The notes beneath the pieces were generated by a model. It worked only from the letters and a program-made list of their open reading frames with translations. It searched no databases and was not told the origin of the DNA. DNA of 64,000 bases from Neodothiora populina. Taxonomy: Eukaryota. A program made the position numbers and the translations under genes. This document shows, piece by piece, positions 33,252 to 47,700 of this stretch (position 1 is its first letter; every line of letters starts with the position of its first letter). Location of the stretch: contig NW_027191404.1 of NCBI RefSeq assembly GCF_041146345.1, positions 558,001-622,000 on the forward strand, given 5' to 3'.

Positions 33252-34525
33252 ATGTCTGATAGCGTGAGTTCCTCTTTTGTGTCTTCATCAGTGCGCATCA
33301 TCTCCAGCACTTCTTTTGTTTCTTGCGCATCAATCACCCCCTTCGTCATTCCTCCGTTCGTGTCGCTTCATATTACGTGAAAGATAATCTAATCGAGGAT
33401 CCACTTCATACAGGAATCCCCGGCGCCAGAGCGCAGGTCGTCCAGAAAGTCGGTCGCTTTCTCAGAAGGCACCACCATCGTCGACAGCAACGGCAACGTG
33501 ACAGAAATGAGCGGCGCACACGGTGACAAGGACTCTGCCGAGTCTCACTCCAAGCAAGATGGTGATTTTTATTTATTCTCTCTTTCGACACAGACAGACT
33601 CTGACATGCCCCAACACAGCAGCGGCCGCAGACACACCCGACAAGGAGGTCGACGAGATGAGCTCCATGTTCGAGGGCCTCGCCAAAAAGAAGAAGAAGT
33701 CGTCGTCGTCCAAGTCCAAGAAGGAGTCGTCGGCCGCCGACGAAGAGACGCCCGCCGCCGACGGTGAATTCGACCCGTCCGCGCTCAAGAAGAAAAAGAA
33801 GAAGAAGGTCAAGACCACCGACGCCGACGACTTCGAGGCCAAACTCGCCGAGGCTGGCGCCACCGCCAACGACGACGCAGACGACAACGCCGCAGACGCC
33901 GCCCCCGCCGCTCCCACCAAGCAGGGCCAGGAGGGCGACATGGACAAGGGCACCGGCATCTGGCAACACAGCGAGGTCACTCCCATCGAGTACCCCCTGC
34001 TGCTGAACCGTTTCTTCAGCCAGCTGCATGTGCACAACCCCGACGCCGCCTCGAGCGGAGGCAAGAGCTACAAGATCCCTCCCCCGCAGTGTCTGCGCGA
34101 AGGCAACAAGAAGACCATTTTCGCAAACATTGCCGAGATCTGCAAGCGCATGAAGAGGACCGACGAGCACGTCACGCAGTTCTTGTTTGCCGAATTGGGT
34201 ACTTCGGGTTCCGTCGACGGATCGAGGCGTCTTGTCATCAAGGGTCGATTCCAGCAAAAGCAGATTGAGAACGTCTTGAGGAGATATATCGGTAAGCTCT
34301 TTTTTTTTCCCTTCTCTTTATATAACATATATACTGACAATCTCACTACCTACAGTCGAATACGTCACCTGCAAGACCTGCCGCTCCCCCGACACCGAGC
34401 TCAACAAGGGGGAGAACAGACTGTACTTCGTCACCTGCAACTCGTGCGGATCTCGTCGTTCCGTCACCGCCATCAAGACCGGTTTCTCCGCCCAGGTCGG
34501 CAAGAGAAGAAGACAGCAAGGTTAA
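33252..34525 (+). CDS. SUI3: Translation initiation factor eIF2 beta; exons 33252..33263, 33414..33561, 33620..34291, 34356..34525
   Basis: Poly-Lys boxes; [25 protein letters not shown]4 finger [17 protein letters not shown]; canonical introns. Confidence 0.95.
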
Positions 34526-35488
34526 GTCCTGTCTTCACTCTGTCTTGTTCTCATCTTCTTTGTCTCTACCGCTCGCTTCTACTGCAGTAACTCTTTTCTG
34601 TTCCGACACCAAAAATGCCACCCCAGGGGTGGATGGACATCTTTCCAGCGACGGTCATGATGAGGGAGAGGGAGTTTTCGTCTTGTCGGTGGTAAAATGT
34701 GGAGGATTGGACTCAAAACAAACTGTAGTCTGTTCTCCCTTTCCTCTGTTCAGATAAGAAGAAATATAACGGTACAATGAATCAAATTGAAAAGGGCACG
34801 AATGATAGAAATGCAATGTCTCCAGATGCTTTCTTCGTGTTCGGTCGCATGGCTCCTTGTTACCACTTTTCCATATACCAGGGCCAAGAGCCAAGAGCCA
34901 AAGAAAAGAAAGGGGAAAGAATGTGAATACGACAGACCGCCACCTGTTGGGGAAAAAAGTACACGAAGGAAGCAAGAAGGAAAGAATGTGTTTTTATTTT
35001 CTGTTCTTTTTTCCGTTTAGTGTCCCAAATTTCTTCACACAGTTTCATCTTTTTTTTTCTTTCGAATGCCACAAAAGACTACTACTATCCATCCATATGC
35101 AATCTCCCTTTTTCCTTCCGAATTCTTACTCTTTGCAACAATGAAAAATCCTGGAGATCAACCTATCTTTCGTTGTCTTCGTTACGACAACGAGAGGAAG
35201 TAGCCCTGATTCATAACGAGACTAACGAAGTTGAGAAATCTTAAACCGAAGGGTATTGCTACATCTACATGATTGATGATATATATGTGTATGTCTCTAT
35301 TTCAACGTGCCATGGGTTCGTAAAAACAACCACTCATTGCCGCCCCTGTCATCACGTCGTTGCTTTGTCCAGAGTTCTCTTTCCCGCATCCTCATCACTT
35401 TTCATATGCTTGCAAGAATAGAAGGAAAAGAACCCAGGCAAGGCAGAACAAAAACCAAAGAAAGCCCCCCCCCCCCGGCTCCACCCCT

Positions 35489-37525
35489 CTAATGCGCAAA
35501 CCTGAAATCCAACCTCTTATTCCCCTCATCAGTAGTATTAGCCAAATACTCGACCCTTTCCTCTCTAGTCATCTTGTTCCACACCTCGTCCCTCTTCTTG
35601 TTGCGCCGCACATAATACACCTTGGTGGCCAGATAAAGCACGATATTGAAGCAGGCGACGCCGAGCAGCGCGCGGTTTCCCTTCGGGTAGCGAGGGGCGT
35701 CGGACTTCTGGTAGATGTTGGACGATATGATGCCGCCCGTCTGCACGAGCATGTTGTAGGCTGCGGCGGACACTGTGCGCGTGCGGATGGAGTTGCTATT
35801 GCGTGAGCACCACGAGACTTGCAGGGCGTGGGCTGCGGTGTCTGTCAGTCTCGTTTTTTCATGGGCGCATGCGTCAAGAGACGGAAGAACTTACTGTAGG
35901 GACTGCCGATGATCAGTGACGTCACCGCCCAGATGACCCATTTGTTCACGTGCGTCGTGTCCACCGCCACGAACCATATGAGCATCGGCAGGGGCCAGAG
36001 CTGCGATGAGATGCCTACCAGACTGAGCTGGTTCAGTACCTCGCTTGCATATGTCGAGATCAGAAGATTGACCACTGTGGTTTTATTAGGGGTTTGTTTC
36101 TTCGAATATCAGATGGGGAGGACAAGAAGTCACTCACTGTGTAGACAAGTAGAAGGGATAACGAGGAGATTCGTTTGGAACGTTCCAAACCCAAGCCCCT
36201 TGAGACTCAGTGTCAAGTACTGACTCTGCGGAGTCACAGGAATACTGAATGTCAAACCGATCAGATAGATGGGCCAGAGGTCATAGTCTTTGAGACTCTG
36301 CCAGAGCAGCTTGGGGGTGATGGGTTGGCGATTGTGCATCATGCCCTTGGTTGGATCCTCTGTGGTTCAACAGCCGTCAGTACACTTGCCTCCCTTTGAT
36401 GCTCGCATCCTTTACAATTGCCGGTAAAGTGAGGACCAGAAATGCAAAGGCGAAGAAAAAGAATGAAAAGTCTCACCTCGTATGACACGATTGATCATAA
36501 TCGTCTCTTCCCGCTCCGTGAACCAGCCCTTCTTGCCGCGGAACCAACTCGCCGTGTTCGTGGGTGCAGCAGGCATGAGAACAAATGCCAACAGACCAAT
36601 GACAAGAGTCAGAAGTCCCTCGATCAGGAAAAGCCATCTCCAACCAGAGTGGCCACCCACACCTCTCATGTGCAGAATACCGAAGCCCATGAACGCAGAC
36701 AGAATATCGGCAACGAACATGGCTGTCCAGAAAAAGCCCAGTCGTAGCGACAGTTCGTGGTGCTTGTAGAAATATGACAGATACAGAATGACATCGGGAA
36801 TGAAGCCTCCTTGAAGAAAGCCCAACAGAACACGACAGGCGAGGAAAGACGAACGCCCGTCAAGTCTGAACTGACAAGTTGCGACGACGGACCACAGAAC
36901 CATTTGAGTGGGGATCCATCGGTCTGGTCCGACCCATTTAGATACCAATTGAGAAGGTAGCTCGGCGCACAAGAAGCCAAGCTTGAACACCGTGTTTCCG
37001 AGATTGAAATCGTTAGTGGTGAGGTGGAGGTCTTTCAAGAAGTTGTCTGTGTTCGCTTGACTGATATTTGCACGGTCAAGCTCAAGTGCCTATTGAATGT
37101 TCGTGTTAGACTTGGGTAAGGGTTTACATATGCTTCTGAAGACACCCTACCATGAACATGATGCAAGTGAAGACCATAATCTTCAAGTCAATCTTGCGGA
37201 TAACCTTGTTCTCCTCTCGCCAAGTCCATCTCGCAGAGGGGTCGAACCGATGGATGTTCTCCCAATCATCTCGTGGCTGATACTCTTTGGCTGTTTCTGG
37301 ATCGTCAAAGACACTGGGTTGTGTAGCGATAGCGTCTGCATCATACTCCTTATTTCTCTGATACCAGAACCGCTTCTCGGATTTAGGCTCTCCCAGGGGA
37401 AATTCCGAACTGCCGGTGGACACGATGGAAGCTTTCAACTCCTTCACGTCGCCATGTTGGACCTCGGTCGACGAAGACGAGTTGCTGTCAACCAACTTGA
37501 CCTTGCCTGCCAGAACTGTAGACAT
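35489..37525 (-). CDS. MFS transporter of the Dal5/allantoate family, Soa1/AstA-like sulfonate/sulfate transporter; exons 37525..37151, 37089..36477, 36359..36138, 36074..35895, 35832..35489
   Basis: [53 protein letters not shown] and C-terminal [11 protein letters not shown]; four canonical introns give one open frame. Confidence 0.9.
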
Positions 37526-38771
37526 CGTGTCTGATGACGGCAGATTGCAGAGTGATCGTTGACAGAGGTATAGATGTTGCTTGACCGAAAAACCCGGCCT
37601 CCTCCTGCCTTTTATGCCTGGTCAAAACGGGCATGGCACTTGCAGCCGAGAGATAGTACTTTTTAAGTTGAAGAGTTGCGCAATTGAGATATTGAATGAC
37701 AGGATGCATGCCGCGCCGCCAAGAGAGCAGCAAGAAGAGATCCAGACCTCCTCCACCACCATCGTTAATGATGGCTTGCAGCTAGGTTGGTGTGTGGCAG
37801 TGGTCCTCACCTGTTGTGGACAAGTAAAAGACGACCGAGATCCGCGAATATTCAACAATCCAGCGCCGTTGCGAGAATTCAGACTGACCAATGATACCAT
37901 CCTCTGACTCCGGCATAATCAACAACTTACAATTGGTTTGACCTAAGCGATATTGGGAGAGACTATGTTGAGCCAAGGAACATAATTATGATCTCAAGCT
38001 TGCAAGCGTAGAGCATGTCTGACTTTTGAATCCATCTTGCGTTGTTAAGACCTTACGCGAAGTATACGAAAACTAGTCTGGCCTCGTAACGTTTCAATCT
38101 TGAAGGTGAGTGCGACACCGATATATGGTACTTAAAAGCGATACTTACGAGCGACATGAACCTACCTTGTGTAACATCGACTACACTCATCATGGTCAGT
38201 AGCATTGCCAAGGTAGATAGATGGTCGACAAAAGTGCCTGCTCTAGACCTATCGAATTCGATAAGCGAGGGCGACGTCGAAGGCGACGTTGACTCCGGCG
38301 TCGGTAAGGTGGCTTGATGGTGGACTATAAGGTGAGTATTGCGTGCTGCGACAGATGCGATATAGTATTCATACCTGTTTGGGGACTCAATGCCCTAACC
38401 TATATGCCCTAACCTATAAGGATCGTTCGAGCGATACCCAAGCGATATCCGTGGTGGTACTAGTTGTAGTCTTGGCATGCAGCGCTGCACCACAGTCTCC
38501 ACACATTGCGTGCTTGTATAAGATGCGAGCATGCGACACCATTCGTTGATTGTTGTTATCTTGGGCAACACAGCTTATATGTCCCGGGTAACCATGCCGG
38601 TCGCGGATGTCGTGAGTGGATCGTTTCGCTTCGAGCTGATCAATCCTTGGGTATAAAGTACTCGTAGGGTATGCGAGTTGATTGCAGTGACTTTGAGCTC
38701 AAGCTTGCCTACGTGCCCTAAACCAGTTGTATCTTGCACGGTCTTATCTCCTTGCTTCTGCTAAGACAATC

Positions 38772-40040
38772 ATGGCCCCATCAGCTCTTCCTACTGAGGC
38801 CCAGGAAGATGTGCCGATTAGAAGCAAAAGCTCTCCTGTAGTAGGCTTGAAGCCGACTGGTGCCGCTGATCATTTGGCCTACGATGATGTGACGCCGGCC
38901 ATTGGCAGAGAGTATGCCGATGTAAACATCGTCGACGATATTCTGAATCAGCCCAATGCCGATGATCTGCTTCGGGATCTGGCAATCACAATCAGTAGAC
39001 GCGGCGTTGTGTTCTTCCGTAAGCAGGACAATCTGACCAACGAGCTGCAAAAGGAGTTCGTGCACCGTTTGGGAGTGGTATGTTCAGCCACTAGCATTAT
39101 AACCCAATGTGGCCTTGCTTTTCTGACCAAAGTATAGGCGTCTGGAAAACCCTCAAGTTCGAGTCTGCATATCCACCCGGTGATCAACGATTCGCGGGAG
39201 CTGGGTGGTAGCGACCCTGAGATCAGTACGATCTCGTCGGAGCAGCGAAAGAAGTTGTTCAAGCAGGTTCTTGAGGTTGACCAGAAACGACCCTACAACT
39301 CGGCGGTTTGGCACAGCGACATTCAATTCGAGAATGTGCCCGCCGACTACACGAGTCTGAGACTCGTCCAATTGCCCAAGACAGGTGGAGACACTGTCTG
39401 GGCTTCTGGGTACGAGATATATGATCGCCTTTCGAAGCCGCTCCAGCAGTGGTTGGAGACGTTGACAGCAAGCTACGTGGGAGTCGGCTTCCATCGCGTC
39501 ATCCAGAGAAACCCTGACATCAAGGTATATGAGAAGCCCAGAGGATCTCCTGAGAACGTGGGAAGTGATTTGGCGGCCGACCACCCAGTCATAAGAACCA
39601 ACCCTGTCTCCGGTTGGAAGAGTCTTTATGCCGTGAGTACAGCCTCTCCACGATCTGCTCACCTACGACTAATCTTCATCGATAGCTTGGCGAATTTGCG
39701 CAACACATCAATGGTCTAGCAAAAGTTGAGAGTGATTGGCTACTCGGCCACTTCTACACCCTCTTGACCCAGAACCATGATCTCCAAGTGCGCTTCAAGT
39801 GGAAGGATCCGAACGACATTGCCATTTGGGACAACCGCAGTGTTTTCCATTCGGCAACATTCGACTACGACGGTCTCGGAGATAGGTTTGGAAACAGAGC
39901 TGTGGGCATCGGCGAACGACCCTTTTTGGATCCAAAGAGCAAGTCGTAAGTTTACCTAAGGCTCGACAAGTGTCGCGACTCGTTACTAACACTGTTTCAG
40001 GAGACAGGAAGACCTGGCCGCGCAGGGTCTGATCTATTAG
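38772..40040 (+). CDS. TauD/TfdA-family alpha-ketoglutarate-dependent sulfonate dioxygenase (Jlp1-like); exons 38772..39077, 39138..39632, 39686..39945, 40001..40040
   Basis: DLAITISRRGVVFFRKQ, WHSDIQFE (HxD), TGGDTVWASGY, HPVIRTNPVSGWK, AIWDNRSVFH. Confidence 0.93.
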
Positions 40041-41077
40041 TTGCATGTAGCCCATAAATATTTTTTACGCTTATGATGTCGATCTGGTCTGAGTCCCAAC
40101 ATGCCAATGTGTGCATAGACATGCAGCTCGAATGTTCGTAAAAGTTCAGTTCCCAGAACCTGGAGACGGCAGCGCCACGTGGGCAAAGCCCGTATAGACG
40201 TTGATGTTCCTTCTAAAAATAGCTTCTGACCCGAATTATGACCGTCAATCCAGGACATGAATGCTTGTGTCTTGATCAACTGCGGTCTAATGCCTTCTGA
40301 GCGCTGGTTGGTTTTTGAGAAAGCCTTGTGATGAGTGCCGAGTTGCTCATGCGCGCATCGTGCTGACCTGGCTATTGGCAGGATTGAGGGAGACCTACAT
40401 CTGGAGGTAATTAAATGGCTTATAGCTGATTGGGGTTTCTGGATAGCATAGGATGATGATGGAAGACTTGTCCCGTCACTATGAGAATAAAGAGAATTGC
40501 ATATCATTGGTGTGCTCTATGCGAGCACCGTCGATAGCTCATGTGCCTCGGCACGAAGAGTGAATGTGAGACACAGGTAGCGCAGACATTGCGTGGACTC
40601 TCATGGATGCGACCGGCTCATGCTGCTGGCTCGAAGAGCAAGATCATGATAGACAATACGACAGATGGACAGGCCGAAGTGGGGGAGTTGCGGTAAGCGG
40701 TCGGGTAAATCCGTGAAGTGATGCTTTTGATCGAGCATCGAGGTGGGACTTTGAGCGTGAACAAATTACGGTCTAAGGTAATGCTCGGTGAGAGCGTCAA
40801 GCGTCGCGTACGCCGAAAGTATAGAAGAAGAAAAGGCGTTGCTCTCACTGGTAGCACTGCATCGCATGGTAGCACCAATGACGTCTTGACAGGTGTGCTA
40901 CCCTGCGCCCTGCACTGGCCCTACGAAGAGGAACAGGCAAGGGCTGGAGGATTAAGCAAGGATTAAGCAAGGGAAACAAGCTCGACATGGTAGTGAAAAT
41001 AGCTTCACGGCCCAGGTCGTCATGATCTCTTGATCTAAGCGTACTCTAATATAGGAAGGTAGCTTTGTACTGGGACG

Positions 41078-41172
41078 GTAAGGTAAGGCAAGGCAAGGCA
41101 AGGTAAGATATGCTAAGGTAAGGTATAAAAGGTTTGCGGTGGGGCTATGACTATGGCTATGGCTATGGCTAT
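41078..41172. repeat. Short tandem repeats: (AAGGY)n followed by (GGCTAT)n
   Basis: ggtaaggtaaggcaaggcaaggcaaggtaag, then ggctat-gactat-ggctat-ggctat-ggctat. Confidence 0.85.
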
Positions 41173-41808
41173 GGCACGGGAGGGCGCGCGTGAGATTGAC
41201 CAATTGCAAGTCTCAAACTCGGCTATTTACGGCCAAAGTTCACACTGAACCAGAGTTGCTTGGATGAGTTTCTTGCAGTACCTAGCTGTCTGAGAGATTC
41301 CCTGCGGCGGCAGAGACGAATTAAGAGTCCCTTGTTGTTCTTGGATAACCGCAGCTTTATTGATGGATTGTTGTCGTTGTTTATCTTGTTTGCCAAACAT
41401 CCTTCTCTCAATCACACAATCAACAACCCTGCCCGTATTATCTCTTCTCGTCTCACCCCCACCAACTGTACTCTGTACCTTATTCCACGGCGCTTACATT
41501 GTACAGTGTGACAACATTGGGCAGCGGGTGTCCTCACCTTAGAGTCCAGTAATTATCGCCCTGACCGGTCCAAGCTACCCCGCTATCACGCACGCTCCGC
41601 AACCTTTGATAATCGCTGCAATATATTGTGTTTCGTGTAGCGCATCAACACCTCTCAAATACCTTGTTCTCGTCGGCCACTTGTCCCTCCAATCGGACAC
41701 AGAGAGCTGCCTGATTTCTGTTCACATATACTGTCCTGACCAATCCAGCCACCTGTTTCGGTCGCATTCGGTCAAAAAACACAATAGAACTAGGACAGGG
41801 CAGCAAGC

Positions 41809-43464
<1,656 letters not shown>

Positions 43465-44721
43465 CATGTTAGCGCAAAGAAAGGGAAGACGAAATCCATT
43501 TTGCAAGAGATCTAGAACGAGATCTAAGGGGACCATATCGAGAAAGAAGAGGAACTAGCAGAGAATATGATACCAGATGTATGCGAAGAAGCTGCTGGCA
43601 GCCCAAGAAGGAAAAGAGACAGGAATTTTCGAAACACAGCAATAAGACCCAGAAATATCATACCTTCGGCCCTTTTCAAGTCTCGCTCTTTGTTTTCTCC
43701 ATCTCTGCCTCTTCTTCCCTTTTCCACCGCTCGCATACCATTTCTTTCTTCGCACCACGCGCTTCACCCAACCCTGCTTCTTCCCGACTTCGAAGCTCTC
43801 ACCTCTGTGTCTCCGTAATCTCTCCATACCTCGACGACAAGGGAAGCCATTTATCGCACACCTGACCCCTTGCTCCTATGCGTTTTGTTTTCCCTTCCTT
43901 CTCCGATATCCGCTTGATCATCTTCTGTACATTGCTGTCGTTTCTCTTTTCTTCCGTTTTACTCTTTTCGTTTTGGTTCCCTGCCTAGCTCACGAGCTGC
44001 ACTGCTAGCTAGCTCGCTGCAGTGATGAAGTCCGTATCAAAGCATCTATTTTTTCCGTTGTATCACGATGACAGGGCTAGACGATCAACGGAAGAAGGCG
44101 GAGATGGTGGTGGTGGGGGGTTGGTAATGGACGCTGGCAGCATTTTGGGATGACATATACATCGAGTGTTGATTATAGAACGATGGACAGGAGGACGAGG
44201 GACGCTCGGGGCAGGGTCATATAGGATACATGTCGATTTTGGTCCGTGATTTTTCCTTTTTGGTTGTTTGCTCTCCTACCAGATGACTAATAATACTTTT
44301 ACTTGATCTTACAAGATGTTCATGTTCCGAAAAAGGACATCTTGTTATTAGAAGCGTAGAAAGAATAATCTCGAGGAACTGGACAAGATGAGAAAGATCT
44401 CAATTGGCTCCAAAGTATGTATTCGAATCGGAGAGAAAGCAACAATCGCGAAAAAAGGCTCATAGTCCCACACAGATCCTTTTGGTCATGAATTATCTAT
44501 CCCCCCAGCGCAAATGTGTACCAGTCAAAATGTGTTTCGTTACTTCGTATCCGTGGCGTATATAGGTGTGTCGCCGAATGAAAGTAACCTCGAGTCGCAG
44601 CAAAGCCCAATACGTTCCGTCATTATATATGTAAACAGAAGGAGATAAAAAGACAGCAAGAGGGAAAAAGTGAATTTTGTACGTGCGGAAGTAGAGGGTA
44701 GCGAGGCAATAAAGAGTCAGA

Positions 44722-47700
44722 TCATAGGAGTATGGCAAACAAGGCGACATTCAGTGCTCCCAACAATAAGGAGCTGCCGAGTCGTTTATCAATGTTGGTT
44801 GTAGCGCTTCCTTGTAAGCTGGCATCGCCACTTCCAGTCTGCCTCGCGCCTCCGGCTCCAGAATCGGTTCGCGTGAGGCTCTGCGCAGTGCTTACGCTGA
44901 CTGAGGTGGCGGTGGAACCACGTCCTCTGGTCAAGGTAGCAGGGAACAACGTCTCGAACTCTGTTCTGGAAACGATCCCGTCGGAACCGACATCTTCAAC
45001 GACCAGCACTGTCGCACTGGCGCTTAGAGAAATAATATACACACTTCCATGTAGGGTTTCGGTAAGTGCGGGACCACCAGGATGCAAAGTCTTGCCATCC
45101 GGAAGACGGTAGCTGGGCCCCGGACCCGGGAGAGCAGTGAAGATATCACCACCAATCGTGATAAGCGGAGCCGCTGGTTGTGCGGTGGCAAACGCGGTCG
45201 GCAATGCTGATGTGGTCACTGCACCGGATACCACTTCGACAAGTGTCTTTCCATCGGGCGATAGGGATACTGTCTCTAGACCGTTTGGTCCAGTGAAGAT
45301 GACACTACCGCCAGGTGTGAGCAACTTGTCCGACACTAAGTAGCTGGTTCCACTGCCTGCTTCGGGTGTGATGATCTGCCCATCGACCGTTATCTGAGGC
45401 GCAGCCGTGATGGTGGGAGCGGCTAGGATTGCTGATGTCTTTCCGTTGATAACAAAATATGTGCCATCGGGCGAAAGAGAAACAGTCTCCGTAGTGCCGT
45501 CCTGCCCGCGTAACATTATGGTGCCTCCTTCCGTAAGTGTTTGCCCGGAGACGACATAGGTAGGTGGGGTACGTCCAGAAACAGCGGTATAGACTTGTCC
45601 GTCAATCGTCAAAGGCCCTGGTGTTATGGTCGCTGCTGGAGACAGCGTTGACGATACGCCATTGACGACCAAGACTGACCCGCCTGGAGACAGTGATACA
45701 GTCTCCACTCCTCGAGCGCCGTTCAGAGTCACCACACCACCACCGGTCAGTGTCTGCCCAGATATGATGTAAGCTGGGTTGCTGTCCACATCAACCGCGC
45801 TGTAGACATGACCATCCAGAGTAAGCATCGGTAGTGTTGCGGCAGCAACTCCAGCGGATGCTATGGTAGAGGTCACGCCATTGATTATAACGATACCACT
45901 ACCAGGTGCTCCCAAGGACACAGTCGTCACTGATGAGCCTGATTGTAGAGTAATCGCCCCTCCAGGTGTAAGCGTATAGCCATCTACAACGAAAGTCGAA
46001 CCTTCTTTGCCAGTGATTATATTGGTTCCAATTGTGAGAATAGGAGAGCGTGTTGTCAGGGGTGTAGCTGCCACAGGTGTCAAGGCCTGAAGAGTTCTCG
46101 TAACGCCATTGACTACAATCGCGGAGGCACCACTGGCTAAAGACACCGTCGTACCACTGACAGTGATTACACCGCCAGGAGTCAGTTTCTGGCCTGAGAT
46201 ATCATACGTCGAGCCCATGTTTGGTTGATAAACCGTCCCAGCAATGGTGAAAGGAGGTGCCGGTGTGACTATCGGAGGAGATAGCGTTTGGGTGACTCCG
46301 TTGTACACCGCGACCTGTCCGTTGGGCCCCAGACTAACGACTGTACCACTTATCGTCGCTGTACCACCAGGGCTCAAAACATTGCCCGGGCTCAGCAAGA
46401 ACTCAGTGGCAGCATTCGCAGTAAAGGTCATGCTGTTTATGGTCAATGCCAACGGGCCTGATGTTGTAGATAGTGCTAACGTTGAGGTCTTGGATCCGTC
46501 GATTATTAAGGCTGAAGGAGCCAGAGAATACTGTGTTCCATCAAGAGTGATGGGACTTCCTCCTGACATTAATGTTTTGCCACCTTCCACAACGTATGCG
46601 GACGTAGGAGCGAGTGCGACTGTTTCGCCTGCAGCTCGGAAGGTTGTGGGTGAGCCAAGTGCTGCTGTGCTGATAGTACTGCCATCAATGACAAGGGCGT
46701 CGTTAGAACCAACGTACACCGCCTTATTATGTATGGTGACTGTTTGACCGGGCTGCACCAGGGTTCCATCCACTGCATAGACTGGAACAGCAATTTGCGA
46801 TACGGTAGCGCCGCCGATTGTGATAACCCCAGGCATATTTGAGCCAGCATTGCTACCAGAGGATCCTCCATCAGATCCGATTGTATTGGGCGAAGAAGCG
46901 AAAGTATGAGTTGCACCACCCACAACAACCGCGGTACTTCCTAAAGATATAGGAGTTCCTGAGACTGTTATGGCAGGTGCGCCAGGTACTAGAGTCTGAC
47001 TGCCAATAACAACGTTAGAAGAAGGACCAATGGTGGTCTTCGAATCTCCAATCGAGACTGCTATAGGGAGCAGGATATTGTTGGACTGTCCTTGATCGTT
47101 GTTGTTGTTGTTGTTGTTGTTGTTGCTGCTGCTGGCACCATTACCTGATTGACCCCCATTGCTCCCACTGGAGCCGGCAGATGAATCAGAACCTCCACTG
47201 CCTCCAGATCCACTGTTGGAAGCCCCGCTCTGCGAAGATCCTGCTCCTGAGCCCCCCGTGGTTTGCGCGCCGGGCTGAGCCGATTGCCCTACTTCGCCAA
47301 TAGCTGAGAACAAACCACTCAGATCCGGACTTTGTTGCGCAGGGATGCCATAGCCATTTGATCCTGTCCCTCCGTTTCCGGAGGTTCCACCTGAGCCTGT
47401 ACCGGTGCCTCCAGTATTGGCGTCGCTGTCGGAAGTGGAGACACCACTACCGGAACCGGAACCAGAACCAGAACCACCAGAATTTGACCCTGAAGTACCG
47501 CCATTCGAGCCTGTTCCTGCACCGCCTGAAGCAGTGTTGCCGCCTCCTGTGGCTGATCCCCCGTTGCCTGATCCAGAATTATCCTTACCACTACCACCAG
47601 CTGACGCAGACTGAGTGTCGACACCAGATTGTATCGCGGAGAAAATGCCACCAATGCCACCAGAATCGACTTTGTTAGTCGGGGTTGATGTCGGCTGTAG

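Noticed and set aside
35465..35476. C12 run (G12 in the MFS 3'UTR)
   Set aside because: Simple homopolymer; no evidence of function.
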